From Escherichia phage vB_EcoM_LNA4, in sequence record MZ311864.1: a DNA stretch of 64,000 nt; one strand, 5' to 3'. The notes beneath the pieces are model-generated. The model saw only the letters and a list, made by a program, of their open reading frames with translations, had not been told where the DNA came from and searched no databases. Position 1 is the first letter of the stretch. Each line of letters opens with the position of its first letter. A program made the position numbers and the translations under genes. Below, in pieces: positions 46,055-54,848 of the stretch.

Positions 46055-46747
46055 CTACTTGTTTTCTTGATAGAAAGCCTCTGCAAAACCACGAGGCGTA
46101 CAGCTACGGATGTTCTTAGTCTTGATAGACTTGCCACCACACTTCTTCCATCCGGGATTATCTTTGTGCAATTCCTTCACAGGAAGCTTTGTGGGCTGTT
46201 TTGCACCATTACCCATCCAAATACACGTCTTCTTGTTGTAAGCGTCTTGTGGAGGGTATACATGCGGATACAGAGGGTGTACGTCATCAGGAGGAAGATA
46301 CCCGCCGTAATCCTTTGGATCAAACATGTAATCTGGTTTGCGATACATCGACGAGAGAACTCCAACCGGGTTCTCAAAAGCCCAAGGAACGCCGCATTCA
46401 TTACCCAATTTCTCTACCAGCAGGCATAACTCCATCGCTTCCTTCTGGAAGTTAGGGTTAGCGGCGCGTTTTTTAGCCCAATGTCTTGAACCTGCATTGG
46501 TTAGGTGAGTACACTCTGGGAAGCCAAAGACGAGGTGAACACCTTCACCAACCATCTCTGCGATCTCTGATGCTTGTTCGTTGGTTTTGTCATGGAAAAA
46601 CCACATACCAACCTTAACCAGATTCCCTTCCCGGTGAATGCCGGGGGAATGCTGACCATCAAATGTCCAGACTTCATAGCCAGCCCTTAACCAGGGCTGT
46701 GCCATTACAGAGGTGTAATCATAAAGAATTATGATCTTCTTTGTCAA
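46055..46747 (-). CDS. C5-cytosine methyltransferase-like protein (divergent, function uncertain)
   Basis: GFPEC (cf. motif IV GFPCQ) and AFENPVG (cf. motif VI ENV) at MTase-like spacing; no glycine-rich motif I. Confidence 0.35.
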   Translation of the reverse strand: MTKKIIILYDYTSVMAQPWLRAGYEVWTFDGQHSPGIHREGNLVKVGMWFFHDKTNEQASEIAEMVGEGVHLVFGFPECTHLTNAGSRHWAKKRAANPNFQKEAMELCLLVEKLGNECGVPWAFENPVGVLSSMYRKPDYMFDPKDYGGYLPPDDVHPLYPHVYPPQDAYNKKTCIWMGNGAKQPTKLPVKELHKDNPGWKKCGGKSIKTKNIRSCTPRGFAEAFYQENK

Positions 46748-46757
46748 TCAACCTCCA

Positions 46758-47021
46758 TCAATGAAGAACTCGGACAACAGTCCCGTTCTCAATTTTATAT
46801 TTTGCCTCTGCGGTAACCTGATGGTCTGGCTCGCCATTGATCATCATCGCGATGTTATGGGTTGTTCTGACTAGGGTGTAGTTCAGATACCCGTCTGCTT
46901 CATGCTGTGATACGATGGTAAAACCTTCGTCCAGCAGTTCAGCCAATTCTGATTCGATATCCGCTTTTTCTCGCTCACTGATCTTGAACTCAACCAGACG
47001 GACAGTGTTCTTTCCAGCCAT
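46758..47021 (-). CDS. hypothetical protein
   Basis: 87 aa ORF. Confidence 0.45.
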   Translation of the reverse strand: MAGKNTVRLVEFKISEREKADIESELAELLDEGFTIVSQHEADGYLNYTLVRTTHNIAMMINGEPDHQVTAEAKYKIENGTVVRVLH

Positions 47022-47302
47022 TAAAAGCTCTCCTCTCGTTCAAAGCAACCTTCAATTTCTGCATTACGCAGATGTTCACGTAGGTGATGGTACAGGACAT
47101 CATTTGGAATGTCAACGTAGATCTGGGCGGTGCTTTTGAATACAGCATAATACTCTAAATCCTGAAAACCGTTATAGTCCCAGTCGCTCTCTTTACTGTA
47201 GAAATCTGGCTTCTGAACAGTATAAAGTGCTTCGACCACCACAGCACCGTGATCAGGATGATCGTACTCAAACTCAATCTCTACTTTCTGTGGTTTAATC
47301 AT
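47021..47302 (-). CDS. hypothetical protein
   Basis: 93 aa ORF, start overlaps upstream stop. Confidence 0.45.
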   Translation of the reverse strand: MIKPQKVEIEFEYDHPDHGAVVVEALYTVQKPDFYSKESDWDYNGFQDLEYYAVFKSTAQIYVDIPNDVLYHHLREHLRNAEIEGCFEREESF

Positions 47303-47796
47303 ATTGCCATCTCCAGATCTGACTTCAGTTGCTCATTCTCTTCAATCAGTGCCTTGATGAAGTAAATCAGGTGAGTTGCTGCACTGTTGCAACCATCCCG
47401 GTTAAGCTCGTCGCTTACTCGTTCTTTTACTTCCTTCCCGTATCCGCTGAGGTCTTCCTTTAAATAGGTACTCACAGCCTTCCACGCATTGCTTTGGCTA
47501 ACGCGAGAGTCTAACTCTTTCAGCAAACGCAAGATATTCTCAGGACAAGCCGTGGCGATGTAGGTTGCATCAACATCGTTATTCCACTGGGACAGATTAC
47601 CTGTGCTCGCATGACGTACAGCAGGCCCCATGTTCGGATCAGTAATGAAGACAGTCTCCATATTCTTATCATCGGAGAAAGCCACCATTGAATGACCGTG
47701 CGAATCGATCCACCACTGCCCCGGTGTTGCATCCTTTGCCAGACGCTCAAGGTCTTCACGGAGCTTCTCGATTGAACGTTCCTTATTCATTATCAA
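47299..47796 (-). CDS. Ead/Ea22-like protein
   Basis: N-terminal coiled coil then ATPGQWW motif. Confidence 0.4.
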   Translation of the reverse strand: MIMNKERSIEKLREDLERLAKDATPGQWWIDSHGHSMVAFSDDKNMETVFITDPNMGPAVRHASTGNLSQWNNDVDATYIATACPENILRLLKELDSRVSQSNAWKAVSTYLKEDLSGYGKEVKERVSDELNRDGCNSAATHLIYFIKALIEENEQLKSDLEMAI

Positions 47797-48106
47797 CGCC
47801 CTCGTAACGGGACATCGTTAATTGTGTGATGCCAAGAGCCACAGGCTCAGTAGTATCCACCACGAAGGTAACAGTCAGGTTATCTGTAGATTTAGAATCA
47901 CTCAGATCCACAACGATAAAGTCACCCACTTCCGGTGCGTCAGCGCCCATGTCGAGGAAAACAACAGCCTCAGCATATTCACCATCACCGATCACACGGA
48001 GCGTGATATCGTTACCAGGCCCACGGGTGGTAAAGTCGTATACACGCACCTGCTTAGGCGCTTCATCTTCTTTGGCAAACAGCCAGTTAAACAGCTTTTT
48101 CAGCAT
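47783..48106 (-). CDS. hypothetical protein
   Basis: 107 aa acidic ORF. Confidence 0.45.
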   Translation of the reverse strand: MLKKLFNWLFAKEDEAPKQVRVYDFTTRGPGNDITLRVIGDGEYAEAVVFLDMGADAPEVGDFIVVDLSDSKSTDNLTVTFVVDTTEPVALGITQLTMSRYEGVDNE

Positions 48107-48267
48107 TCTTCCGCTCCTTCAGTTCATTCTCGATATCGTTCAAACGATTCCATGCCTCAAGCTCTGCCTGTTGCATCTCGTCGTGATAATCGCGAGCAAC
48201 GTCACGCAGTTTTAATAGCTTCTCTGTGGAAACCTTGCTCAGGTCAGTAAAGTCTTCAACCTGCATT

Positions 48268-48777
48268 TTATTCTCCTTCTTTGTTTACAAGACCATCATC
48301 AAATGGAATACCGAAGTATTCACTATTCAGGTCATCGCAGAATTCTACCCATTTCTTCTGGGATTTAATACCGCTACCATCGTTGCCCCATTTCTTGTCA
48401 CGCTGGATAGCGACTTGCTGGACAATGCGGTTAGTCAAGGCGAACGCCATACGATTGCTCATACGACGAAGTGGGTTGCCACGATAATCACCAGCATTGT
48501 GCATATGCACCGCATCTTCCAAGGAAAAGTGCATCGGAAGAGAGGTGATATCGTTGTTGAATGCACGGACGTAGCCGAAACGACCATCGGTGATGTTTGG
48601 GTACTCAGGCAAGCGACGAGGGACGTAACCAAAGGCAGACATCATCTCGTCAAGAGAGGCCATTTGGATGTGAACGGTGTCCATTGCCTTTTCTGCACGG
48701 AGACCGGACATTGAGTTCCAGTCTTCAATTTCCTTACGGAATTTTTTAGCCAACTCTAAACGAGAAAATGATGCCAT
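48268..48777 (-). CDS. hypothetical protein
   Basis: 169 aa ORF. Confidence 0.5.
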   Translation of the reverse strand: MASFSRLELAKKFRKEIEDWNSMSGLRAEKAMDTVHIQMASLDEMMSAFGYVPRRLPEYPNITDGRFGYVRAFNNDITSLPMHFSLEDAVHMHNAGDYRGNPLRRMSNRMAFALTNRIVQQVAIQRDKKWGNDGSGIKSQKKWVEFCDDLNSEYFGIPFDDGLVNKEGE

Positions 48778-48788
48778 GATTTTATCTC

Positions 48789-50096
48789 CTATTTGCCAGG
48801 GAAAGTTCTTTCGTAGAAGTCTACAATACGTTGGTCAACAATGATATCTTTTTCTTTGACCTTACGCAAGAGTCTTAAACCGTTTGCAGTCGTAGCACGG
48901 CTAAAGGCGACGTATGCCATACCGGGTGCGAATGCTCCATACCCAAAGTCTACATTAAGGAGCGGCAATGTCAAGCCCTGTGCCTTATGAATTGTCACCG
49001 CCCATCCTAAACGGATAGGGAGTGCTCGATATTCACCAATGGTGATCTTCTCAAGCTCTTCGGTGATAGTCCCATCAGTATTACGGACCTTGATCGGGTT
49101 GTACTCAACGTTCTCCCACACATGCGGTTCAACATCAACAACTTTACCACACTCAAGGCGCACCTTAACACTCTCTTTTCCAAGCTCAATCACCTCACCG
49201 CGCGAGCCGTTAACATACTCTGGCTCTTCAAACCCCTTCGGGTCGTTCACGGTGATCATTACCTTGGCACCCTCCTTCAGATATAACTCCTCCGGGACAG
49301 GTTTTTGGGTGAAATCGCCAGTCTTTTTCGCAGAATAAAGCACAGGAAGTCCCGGAATTTCTTCAAAGCGCTTCTTGTTTACCTTATCCGCAGCAGCGTT
49401 GGTGGATGTGATCGTAATCGCATCTGGGATTGCCTGACCACCACGGTAACAGACACCGTTAAGTTCCCTCACAATATCAGGAATACGCTGTCCACGACGA
49501 AGACAGTTAAGCAACCCTGAGAAACGCGTGCTGTTCTGGCGATAAACCTTCTCAAGAATAACCGGGTAAGGGTTAAGCTCTTGCCACGTATCGGAGAAGC
49601 AACACAATTCCGTTGGGTGGAACTGGAAGTACATTTCCTTTTCCGCCTCTGTGAGGACAGGTGGGTTCTGGAAGAAGTCCCCAAACATGCAAATCTGCAA
49701 ACCACCGAAAGGTTTGTTTGGTTCTCTACGTGCAATACGGCACTTCATATCCATTTCCCAAAGCTTATCAGCACGAAACATACTGATCTCATCAATGATT
49801 ATGATCTTTAATGCTTTGCTTTTCAAAAGTTTTTTTACTTTAGGCTTTAATTCTTCCGCTTCTTTCTTTGTCGCAACACCCATTGATAATCTAAACGCAC
49901 GGTGAGCCGTCATACCATCAACGTTAATGGCAGCAGCCCCCGTAGGGGCTACAGTTAGAACGGAACCTGCGTAAAGAGATTGGATGGTCTTAATGGTGTA
50001 GCTTTTGCCACTACCTCCGGGACCCGTAACGAATACGTTGTCACCGGACATGATAGCACCAAGGGCTGCTTCAACGCCCACGCCAAAATCAGACAT
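48789..50096 (-). CDS. SF1 DNA helicase, Dda/RecD-like
   Basis: Walker A VTGPGGSGKS; Walker B IIIDEISM; GDFFQNPPV; motif VI TIHKAQGLT; ATG at 50096 with GGAGG RBS. Confidence 0.8.
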   Translation of the reverse strand: MSDFGVGVEAALGAIMSGDNVFVTGPGGSGKSYTIKTIQSLYAGSVLTVAPTGAAAINVDGMTAHRAFRLSMGVATKKEAEELKPKVKKLLKSKALKIIIIDEISMFRADKLWEMDMKCRIARREPNKPFGGLQICMFGDFFQNPPVLTEAEKEMYFQFHPTELCCFSDTWQELNPYPVILEKVYRQNSTRFSGLLNCLRRGQRIPDIVRELNGVCYRGGQAIPDAITITSTNAAADKVNKKRFEEIPGLPVLYSAKKTGDFTQKPVPEELYLKEGAKVMITVNDPKGFEEPEYVNGSRGEVIELGKESVKVRLECGKVVDVEPHVWENVEYNPIKVRNTDGTITEELEKITIGEYRALPIRLGWAVTIHKAQGLTLPLLNVDFGYGAFAPGMAYVAFSRATTANGLRLLRKVKEKDIIVDQRIVDFYERTFPGK

Positions 50097-51376
50097 CAAT
50101 CCTCCTTAGTTTCTTCTTCCAGGTAGATTTGTTCCAAGATTTCACCTGCTGCACCAATTACCAGAATATCTGGTGCGCCCACTGGCTTGTCCACACCCGT
50201 CAACACCTCATAACGACAGCAACGGCACTTCTGCTGGTTGTAGTCGTAAGGAACACTTACAACGTCAGCCGGGTTAACAGCTACCTCGATAAGGCTGTTA
50301 CCAACAAAGCCGCCTGCGTATTCCAGAGAGGCAATGTGCAGACCTTGGCTACAGGAGACACTTGGATTATCTTCAACCATGTTTCGTGGCATAGAAATAA
50401 TCTGGCCTTTGTAGTTTGGAACCTTCTTGGTGCGGGTATCGCGAGGACCATCAGCAGTGTTGGTGATCTTCTTGTACGCCTTAACGTCACCATTTTCAAG
50501 GATCTCAAGGTCGTTGTGCTGAATAAAATCATACAGCATCTTCACAGAGGCATAAGACGGGTTGTGCATCAGCTTCTGCATGAACTTCACATAACGCTCA
50601 TCGAAAGTATCATTGTTGATATCGTTGAGGATACGTTTTGCAAGAGTGGTCTCTTGCTTCTGCCCGTGCCAGTACAGAACACCATCCAATAGCTTCAGGT
50701 CTGGACCGAGATCAACGACCTTCTCTGCCTTCGCTTCCTTCCCTGCTTCGATCAGGGCGATAGCCCCATCAATGTCGCCCTCAATCAACAGCAGACCGAC
50801 ATCCGGGAAGATATCGTTGTCACGGTTAATCGTGTGCTGAGTACCATCAGGCATAGAGATGCAGACGTTACCGGGAGTCATGATGACCACAGGGTCTTTC
50901 TTCTCGGTGACCTCTTCGTCGAAATATGTTTTCGGTGCAGACTCTTCAACAACCACACTCACAGGGACCTTGTAAGGCTCCGGCAATAGTGTGACCGTTG
51001 CTTCGATATGCAGGTCGGTTACTTCGAAAGTGACTTCCCAGCGTTTTCCCTGCTTACCAAGATCCTTAACAACACCGTAGTTTACCCCCCGGTCACCCTG
51101 GGCGTGGTCAATAATCTTAGCATTCTTTTTGCCCTTTGCAAAGTCACGGGCCTCACCACGACTTCCGAAGAACATAGAAGACCGAGCAGGAACGGCTTCA
51201 GAGGTGAAGCTCATGTCAACTTCTGGGGGCTTAGAAGCCCCTTGACTATCTTTTGGTACAACCATCCAACGGCCTTCTGCCAGCACCGCTGGTGATACAC
51301 CACGGTCTACAACCTTCATACCGTTGAGGGATGCGTACTCACGCGCCTTACTGCGGGATTCAAAAAGATTACTCAT
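50096..51376 (-). CDS. rIIB: rIIB-like protein (tentative)
   Basis: 426 aa ORF translationally coupled (ATGA) downstream of the rIIA-like gene; assignment by synteny only. Confidence 0.4.
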   Translation of the reverse strand: MSNLFESRSKAREYASLNGMKVVDRGVSPAVLAEGRWMVVPKDSQGASKPPEVDMSFTSEAVPARSSMFFGSRGEARDFAKGKKNAKIIDHAQGDRGVNYGVVKDLGKQGKRWEVTFEVTDLHIEATVTLLPEPYKVPVSVVVEESAPKTYFDEEVTEKKDPVVIMTPGNVCISMPDGTQHTINRDNDIFPDVGLLLIEGDIDGAIALIEAGKEAKAEKVVDLGPDLKLLDGVLYWHGQKQETTLAKRILNDINNDTFDERYVKFMQKLMHNPSYASVKMLYDFIQHNDLEILENGDVKAYKKITNTADGPRDTRTKKVPNYKGQIISMPRNMVEDNPSVSCSQGLHIASLEYAGGFVGNSLIEVAVNPADVVSVPYDYNQQKCRCCRYEVLTGVDKPVGAPDILVIGAAGEILEQIYLEEETKED

Positions 51377-53367
51377 TTATTTTCTCCTTTGCTATCAATA
51401 AGTTGTCTATACTCAACCATCTCTGGTGAGTTAAAGTACTTCAGGTCAATGTATTTCAGAAGAGGATATTTTGCCTTTTTAGCAGCAAGCAAATTCTTCC
51501 CGATTCGCATACGTGCCTTGACGATGCGCTCCGCTTTTCTTTCAATATCATAGTAACCCATGATGTTAGAGAGGGCTGAAGACATATTGACCTTTTGTAC
51601 ATATTCAGGGTCTTCTTTCACTCCAATCCCAAAGACAGCAAGACAACTTACCATGTACCGATAATCAGTTGTCTTAGTAAATTGTTTGAGATGATACTCC
51701 ATAAGATTTGTTTTAGCAAGCTCATAAAGGTCATCACGGTCAATGATTCGCGTTTCTTCTGGCAACCAACCTGAACGATTCAATGGAACGATGTACAGTT
51801 TTCCTGTTACACCAAGTTCTTTCAGGAAGGTTTCAGACTGTGTATAGCGATGAGTCAGCGAGGAAACAGACCCCAGTGGACAATCACCTTTCACCTGACC
51901 ACCGCTGTAAATCATAGCTGCGTCAATGTCATCAAACTGAGCACGAGAAATCCTTGTTTTGTGGACAGACCCATCTTGTTCAATAATCCAAACAGCGTGA
52001 CCAGGCTCATACAGGCTGTAGCCACCATACTTTCTATCACCCTTCTCTACAGGCCGTTTTTCAAGCTCTGATAACTTAAAGACCATTCCCTCGAAGAAGG
52101 GATCTTTCAGAATATCTAAGGCTTCATAGCGTTCAGTAACAAATACACGCATATTTCTTTTTTCAGACAACCACTGACACTTAGACCGGATGCACCTATG
52201 ATCATCATCATAAACCAAAGGGTATCCGTTCATAAGCTCAGAATAGCCGTAATTTTGTTCTTTTAGCCGTTTGCTACCTTTTCCACCAAAGGTGATGCAG
52301 TCTTCTATTCTGAATGTTCCAAAATGCTCTTTGAACTTGTCAGCGATGAAACCAGAACCAAATCGGTTAGAGAAATATCCGCCGACACGGTTCATATAAT
52401 CCAAAACTTCTTTTAGGGTCGTGAATTGTTGAAGTTCTTTAACCACCTGTTCCCCACGCTTTTCAATTGCCTGGGTAACAAATCTCTCAAGGCGGTCACG
52501 AAATCCGCGATCATTCTTACCTTCAATAGTCCATTCACGCCCAGGGTTTACGTCACAATCCCCAATAGGAATGGAAACCATCATCATAGGCCATTCTTTG
52601 TTAGTGGACAGGAAATTAGACAGATAAGGTTGTTGCCCCATAACCACAACGCTGTCGGAGTTTTTGGATACAGACCCATACATTTCCAGCAGCCAACCAC
52701 TATCTTTATCTTCATAACGGTACTGCACCGGGTAGGTACGGTCGTTAAGTTCAGACGTGACGAATGGGTCATTGATCTCAAACGGAAACTTAGCGTAACG
52801 CAGGCATTTTACAATGGCCTGACGATATTTGTAAGTCTCAGAAGGATCGACGTTGAATTTGATTTCAACACCATTTTCTTCTTCTGTTTGTGATTCGTGC
52901 AGAGGAACAACCTCCGGGATACCCTCGTTTTTGTGGACAGAGTAAACAGTTTTAATTCCGTCCTTAATCGACGTGACCGTAAACATATCCGTCACAGTAA
53001 ACGGGGCTTTAGACCCGATACCTTTTGCGCCAATCAGATCGTTAGAATCACGCTTGGTGGAAGACCCCAACATCATAAAGGTCTGGGTGACCATATTGAA
53101 ATCCATACCAAGCCCTGAATCACGCACAGAATACCACGGTTCGAGATCGGTTGGAGAGTGGATGACAATCGCTTTCTCACGGCACCCAGCCTCCGTGTGT
53201 GAGTCTACAGCGTTGAACAGCGGTTCACGCACCGCAGCCAGAACTTTATCATTGTAAATACCGTCGATCAGGATGCTGAAAGTCTCAGCATTGATTGCGA
53301 TCCCTGCCTGATAGCGCTGTACGCTACCCGTTACCTGGACCTTCTCTTCGGCACGTTGGATTATCAT
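51373..53367 (-). CDS. rIIA: rIIA-like protein with GHKL-type ATPase domain
   Basis: 664 aa; N-box AVREPLFNAVDSH, G1 VRDSGLGMD, G2 GAKGIGSKA; no TOPRIM; followed by coupled second gene. Confidence 0.55.
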   Translation of the reverse strand: MIIQRAEEKVQVTGSVQRYQAGIAINAETFSILIDGIYNDKVLAAVREPLFNAVDSHTEAGCREKAIVIHSPTDLEPWYSVRDSGLGMDFNMVTQTFMMLGSSTKRDSNDLIGAKGIGSKAPFTVTDMFTVTSIKDGIKTVYSVHKNEGIPEVVPLHESQTEEENGVEIKFNVDPSETYKYRQAIVKCLRYAKFPFEINDPFVTSELNDRTYPVQYRYEDKDSGWLLEMYGSVSKNSDSVVVMGQQPYLSNFLSTNKEWPMMMVSIPIGDCDVNPGREWTIEGKNDRGFRDRLERFVTQAIEKRGEQVVKELQQFTTLKEVLDYMNRVGGYFSNRFGSGFIADKFKEHFGTFRIEDCITFGGKGSKRLKEQNYGYSELMNGYPLVYDDDHRCIRSKCQWLSEKRNMRVFVTERYEALDILKDPFFEGMVFKLSELEKRPVEKGDRKYGGYSLYEPGHAVWIIEQDGSVHKTRISRAQFDDIDAAMIYSGGQVKGDCPLGSVSSLTHRYTQSETFLKELGVTGKLYIVPLNRSGWLPEETRIIDRDDLYELAKTNLMEYHLKQFTKTTDYRYMVSCLAVFGIGVKEDPEYVQKVNMSSALSNIMGYYDIERKAERIVKARMRIGKNLLAAKKAKYPLLKYIDLKYFNSPEMVEYRQLIDSKGENK

Positions 53368-53378
53368 CCGTTTCTCCT

Positions 53379-53552
53379 CTATTTGCAGTTATTTATGGGG
53401 TTTCTTTTGCGAGCCTTCCGCACGATGTAGATACCTGCCAGCAGGCCAAGAGCGTAAGCTCCAGACACTTGCTCCCAGAACATCCATTGAGTTAAAGACA
53501 GTATCACAAGATATGGGATAATGCAAACACAAAGTAGCAAAATACTCTTCAT
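53379..53552 (-). CDS. small membrane protein
   Basis: ATG at 53552 with AGGGAG RBS; hydrophobic. Confidence 0.35.
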   Translation of the reverse strand: MKSILLLCVCIIPYLVILSLTQWMFWEQVSGAYALGLLAGIYIVRKARKRNPINNCK

Positions 53553-53556
53553 ACGT

Positions 53557-54087
53557 TCAGGCTCCCTGGGATTCAGGCTTTTCTTTGTAGAAAATGTGGT
53601 TATCAATCCTTACAGTGCGAATCATAACTTTCGTCCAGTATGGCTTAACCTTCTTTGAGTGATAATACGTAGAACCCTTAGTGATGTCAAGGGCATCGTA
53701 AACAATTTTATTGGTCGTGTGGACTTTGATCAGAAATGAGGCGAACTCCTTTGCCTTTTCCCAGCGTTCCTTTTCATACACTTTGAAAGAAGAACTTCCG
53801 GATGTCCAGGAGAATTGTCCAGACTGATAAACGATCTTCTTCACGGTGTGTGGGAACTTATCGTTGTCCTTGCGGTTCAGGGTAACAAAGGCGATAGACA
53901 TCATCCCAGAGTCGCTCTCACCACGGGCTTCACGATACATATTACATGCCAAGATATTTACCGCTGAGTCATCTTTTTTGCAGAGATGAATCACCTTGGG
54001 CTTCTTTGCGTTGTCTTTAGCCAGTACAGGCGTGGTGGCTAGAGAAAAAGCACAGGCGGTTGCCAGAATAAGGTTCTTTACTTTCAA
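53557..54087 (-). CDS. secreted SleB/CwlJ-like cell wall hydrolase (candidate endolysin)
   Basis: TTG start at 54087 with GGAG RBS; signal peptide KVKNLILATACAFSLATTPVLA; motif NMYREARGE...MMSIAFVTLNR...YQSGQFSWTSG. Confidence 0.65.
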   Translation of the reverse strand: MKVKNLILATACAFSLATTPVLAKDNAKKPKVIHLCKKDDSAVNILACNMYREARGESDSGMMSIAFVTLNRKDNDKFPHTVKKIVYQSGQFSWTSGSSSFKVYEKERWEKAKEFASFLIKVHTTNKIVYDALDITKGSTYYHSKKVKPYWTKVMIRTVRIDNHIFYKEKPESQGA

Positions 54088-54101
54088 ATTACGCTCCAAA
54101 T

Positions 54102-54124
54102 TAAAAAGCCCCAGGGTAGGGGCT
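54102..54124 (-). terminator. rho-independent terminator (minus strand)
   Basis: AGCCCC-tacccu-GGGGCU followed by UUUUU on the minus-strand transcript. Confidence 0.6.
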
Positions 54125-54129
54125 ATCAA

Positions 54130-54486
54130 TTAACGGCGGGAGATGTCGCCTGAGACAGTTTTTACATTGCCTTCTATTGTTTTTGCAAGTACATCTCCGG
54201 ACACAGTGGTAACGTCACCAAGTGCGCCGTTTTCGACATGAACATCACCAGAGGTGGTTTTGATATTACCAGCTACTGTGCCGTATACGTTGACATCGCC
54301 AGATACCGTGCTGACCCCTTTAACGTCGCCGTTAATCACGACAGTGATGTTCTTTTCTTGTGTGGTGTGGATGATCTGTCCGTTAAGGATAATGTTATCC
54401 CCGTCAGACGTGATATGAACATCCCCGGCCACAATACTACCATTGAGAATCTTGCCGTTAATGGTAATAACATTAGAGTTTACCAT
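54130..54486 (-). CDS. bactofilin-like beta-helix repeat protein
   Basis: ATG at 54486 with AGAGGAG RBS; periodic SGDV.V.G / V.G.V repeats across about 110 aa. Confidence 0.45.
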   Translation of the reverse strand: MVNSNVITINGKILNGSIVAGDVHITSDGDNIILNGQIIHTTQEKNITVVINGDVKGVSTVSGDVNVYGTVAGNIKTTSGDVHVENGALGDVTTVSGDVLAKTIEGNVKTVSGDISRR

Positions 54487-54514
54487 ATTTTCTCCTCTTA
54501 ATAAATCCTTAAGC

Positions 54515-54694
54515 TTATCCACGCATCGGAACAATTGGCTCTAAATCCTCTTCTGGGTACAACCGCCAGCCCAGCATATCAAAAGAATAACACCAACCAT
54601 CTTGCCATTGCACATCGGTGATTCTCATAACCCTGCCAGTGTGTTTGTCACGAACAAAGTGATTAACTTCGAACTTCGGTTGTGTCTGCTGCAT
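54515..54694 (-). CDS. hypothetical small protein
   Basis: ATG at 54694 with GAGGA RBS. Confidence 0.35.
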   Translation of the reverse strand: MQQTQPKFEVNHFVRDKHTGRVMRITDVQWQDGWCYSFDMLGWRLYPEEDLEPIVPMRG

Positions 54695-54848
54695 GAATGA
54701 TCCTCGCTTTTTGAACTGAGAAGACAAACGTACCATGTTCCTCTACGTATTGTCTACCCATTTCTTCATCTTCGAAGATAAGAGTATCAACCTCAGACTT
54801 CACTGGCCTGTCCTTAACAGGCCGTGAGGTGCATACGATTAGCGCCAT
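54663..54848 (-). CDS. hypothetical small protein
   Basis: ATG overlaps RNA ligase stop (TAATG coupling). Confidence 0.35.
   Translation of the reverse strand: MALIVCTSRPVKDRPVKSEVDTLIFEDEEMGRQYVEEHGTFVFSVQKARIIHAADTTEVRS

Noticed and set aside
51373-53367. GHKL ATPase gene as a type II topoisomerase or gyrase B subunit
   Set aside because: No TOPRIM domain or partner subunit; size and coupled downstream gene fit rIIA/rIIB better, though that assignment is not confirmed.
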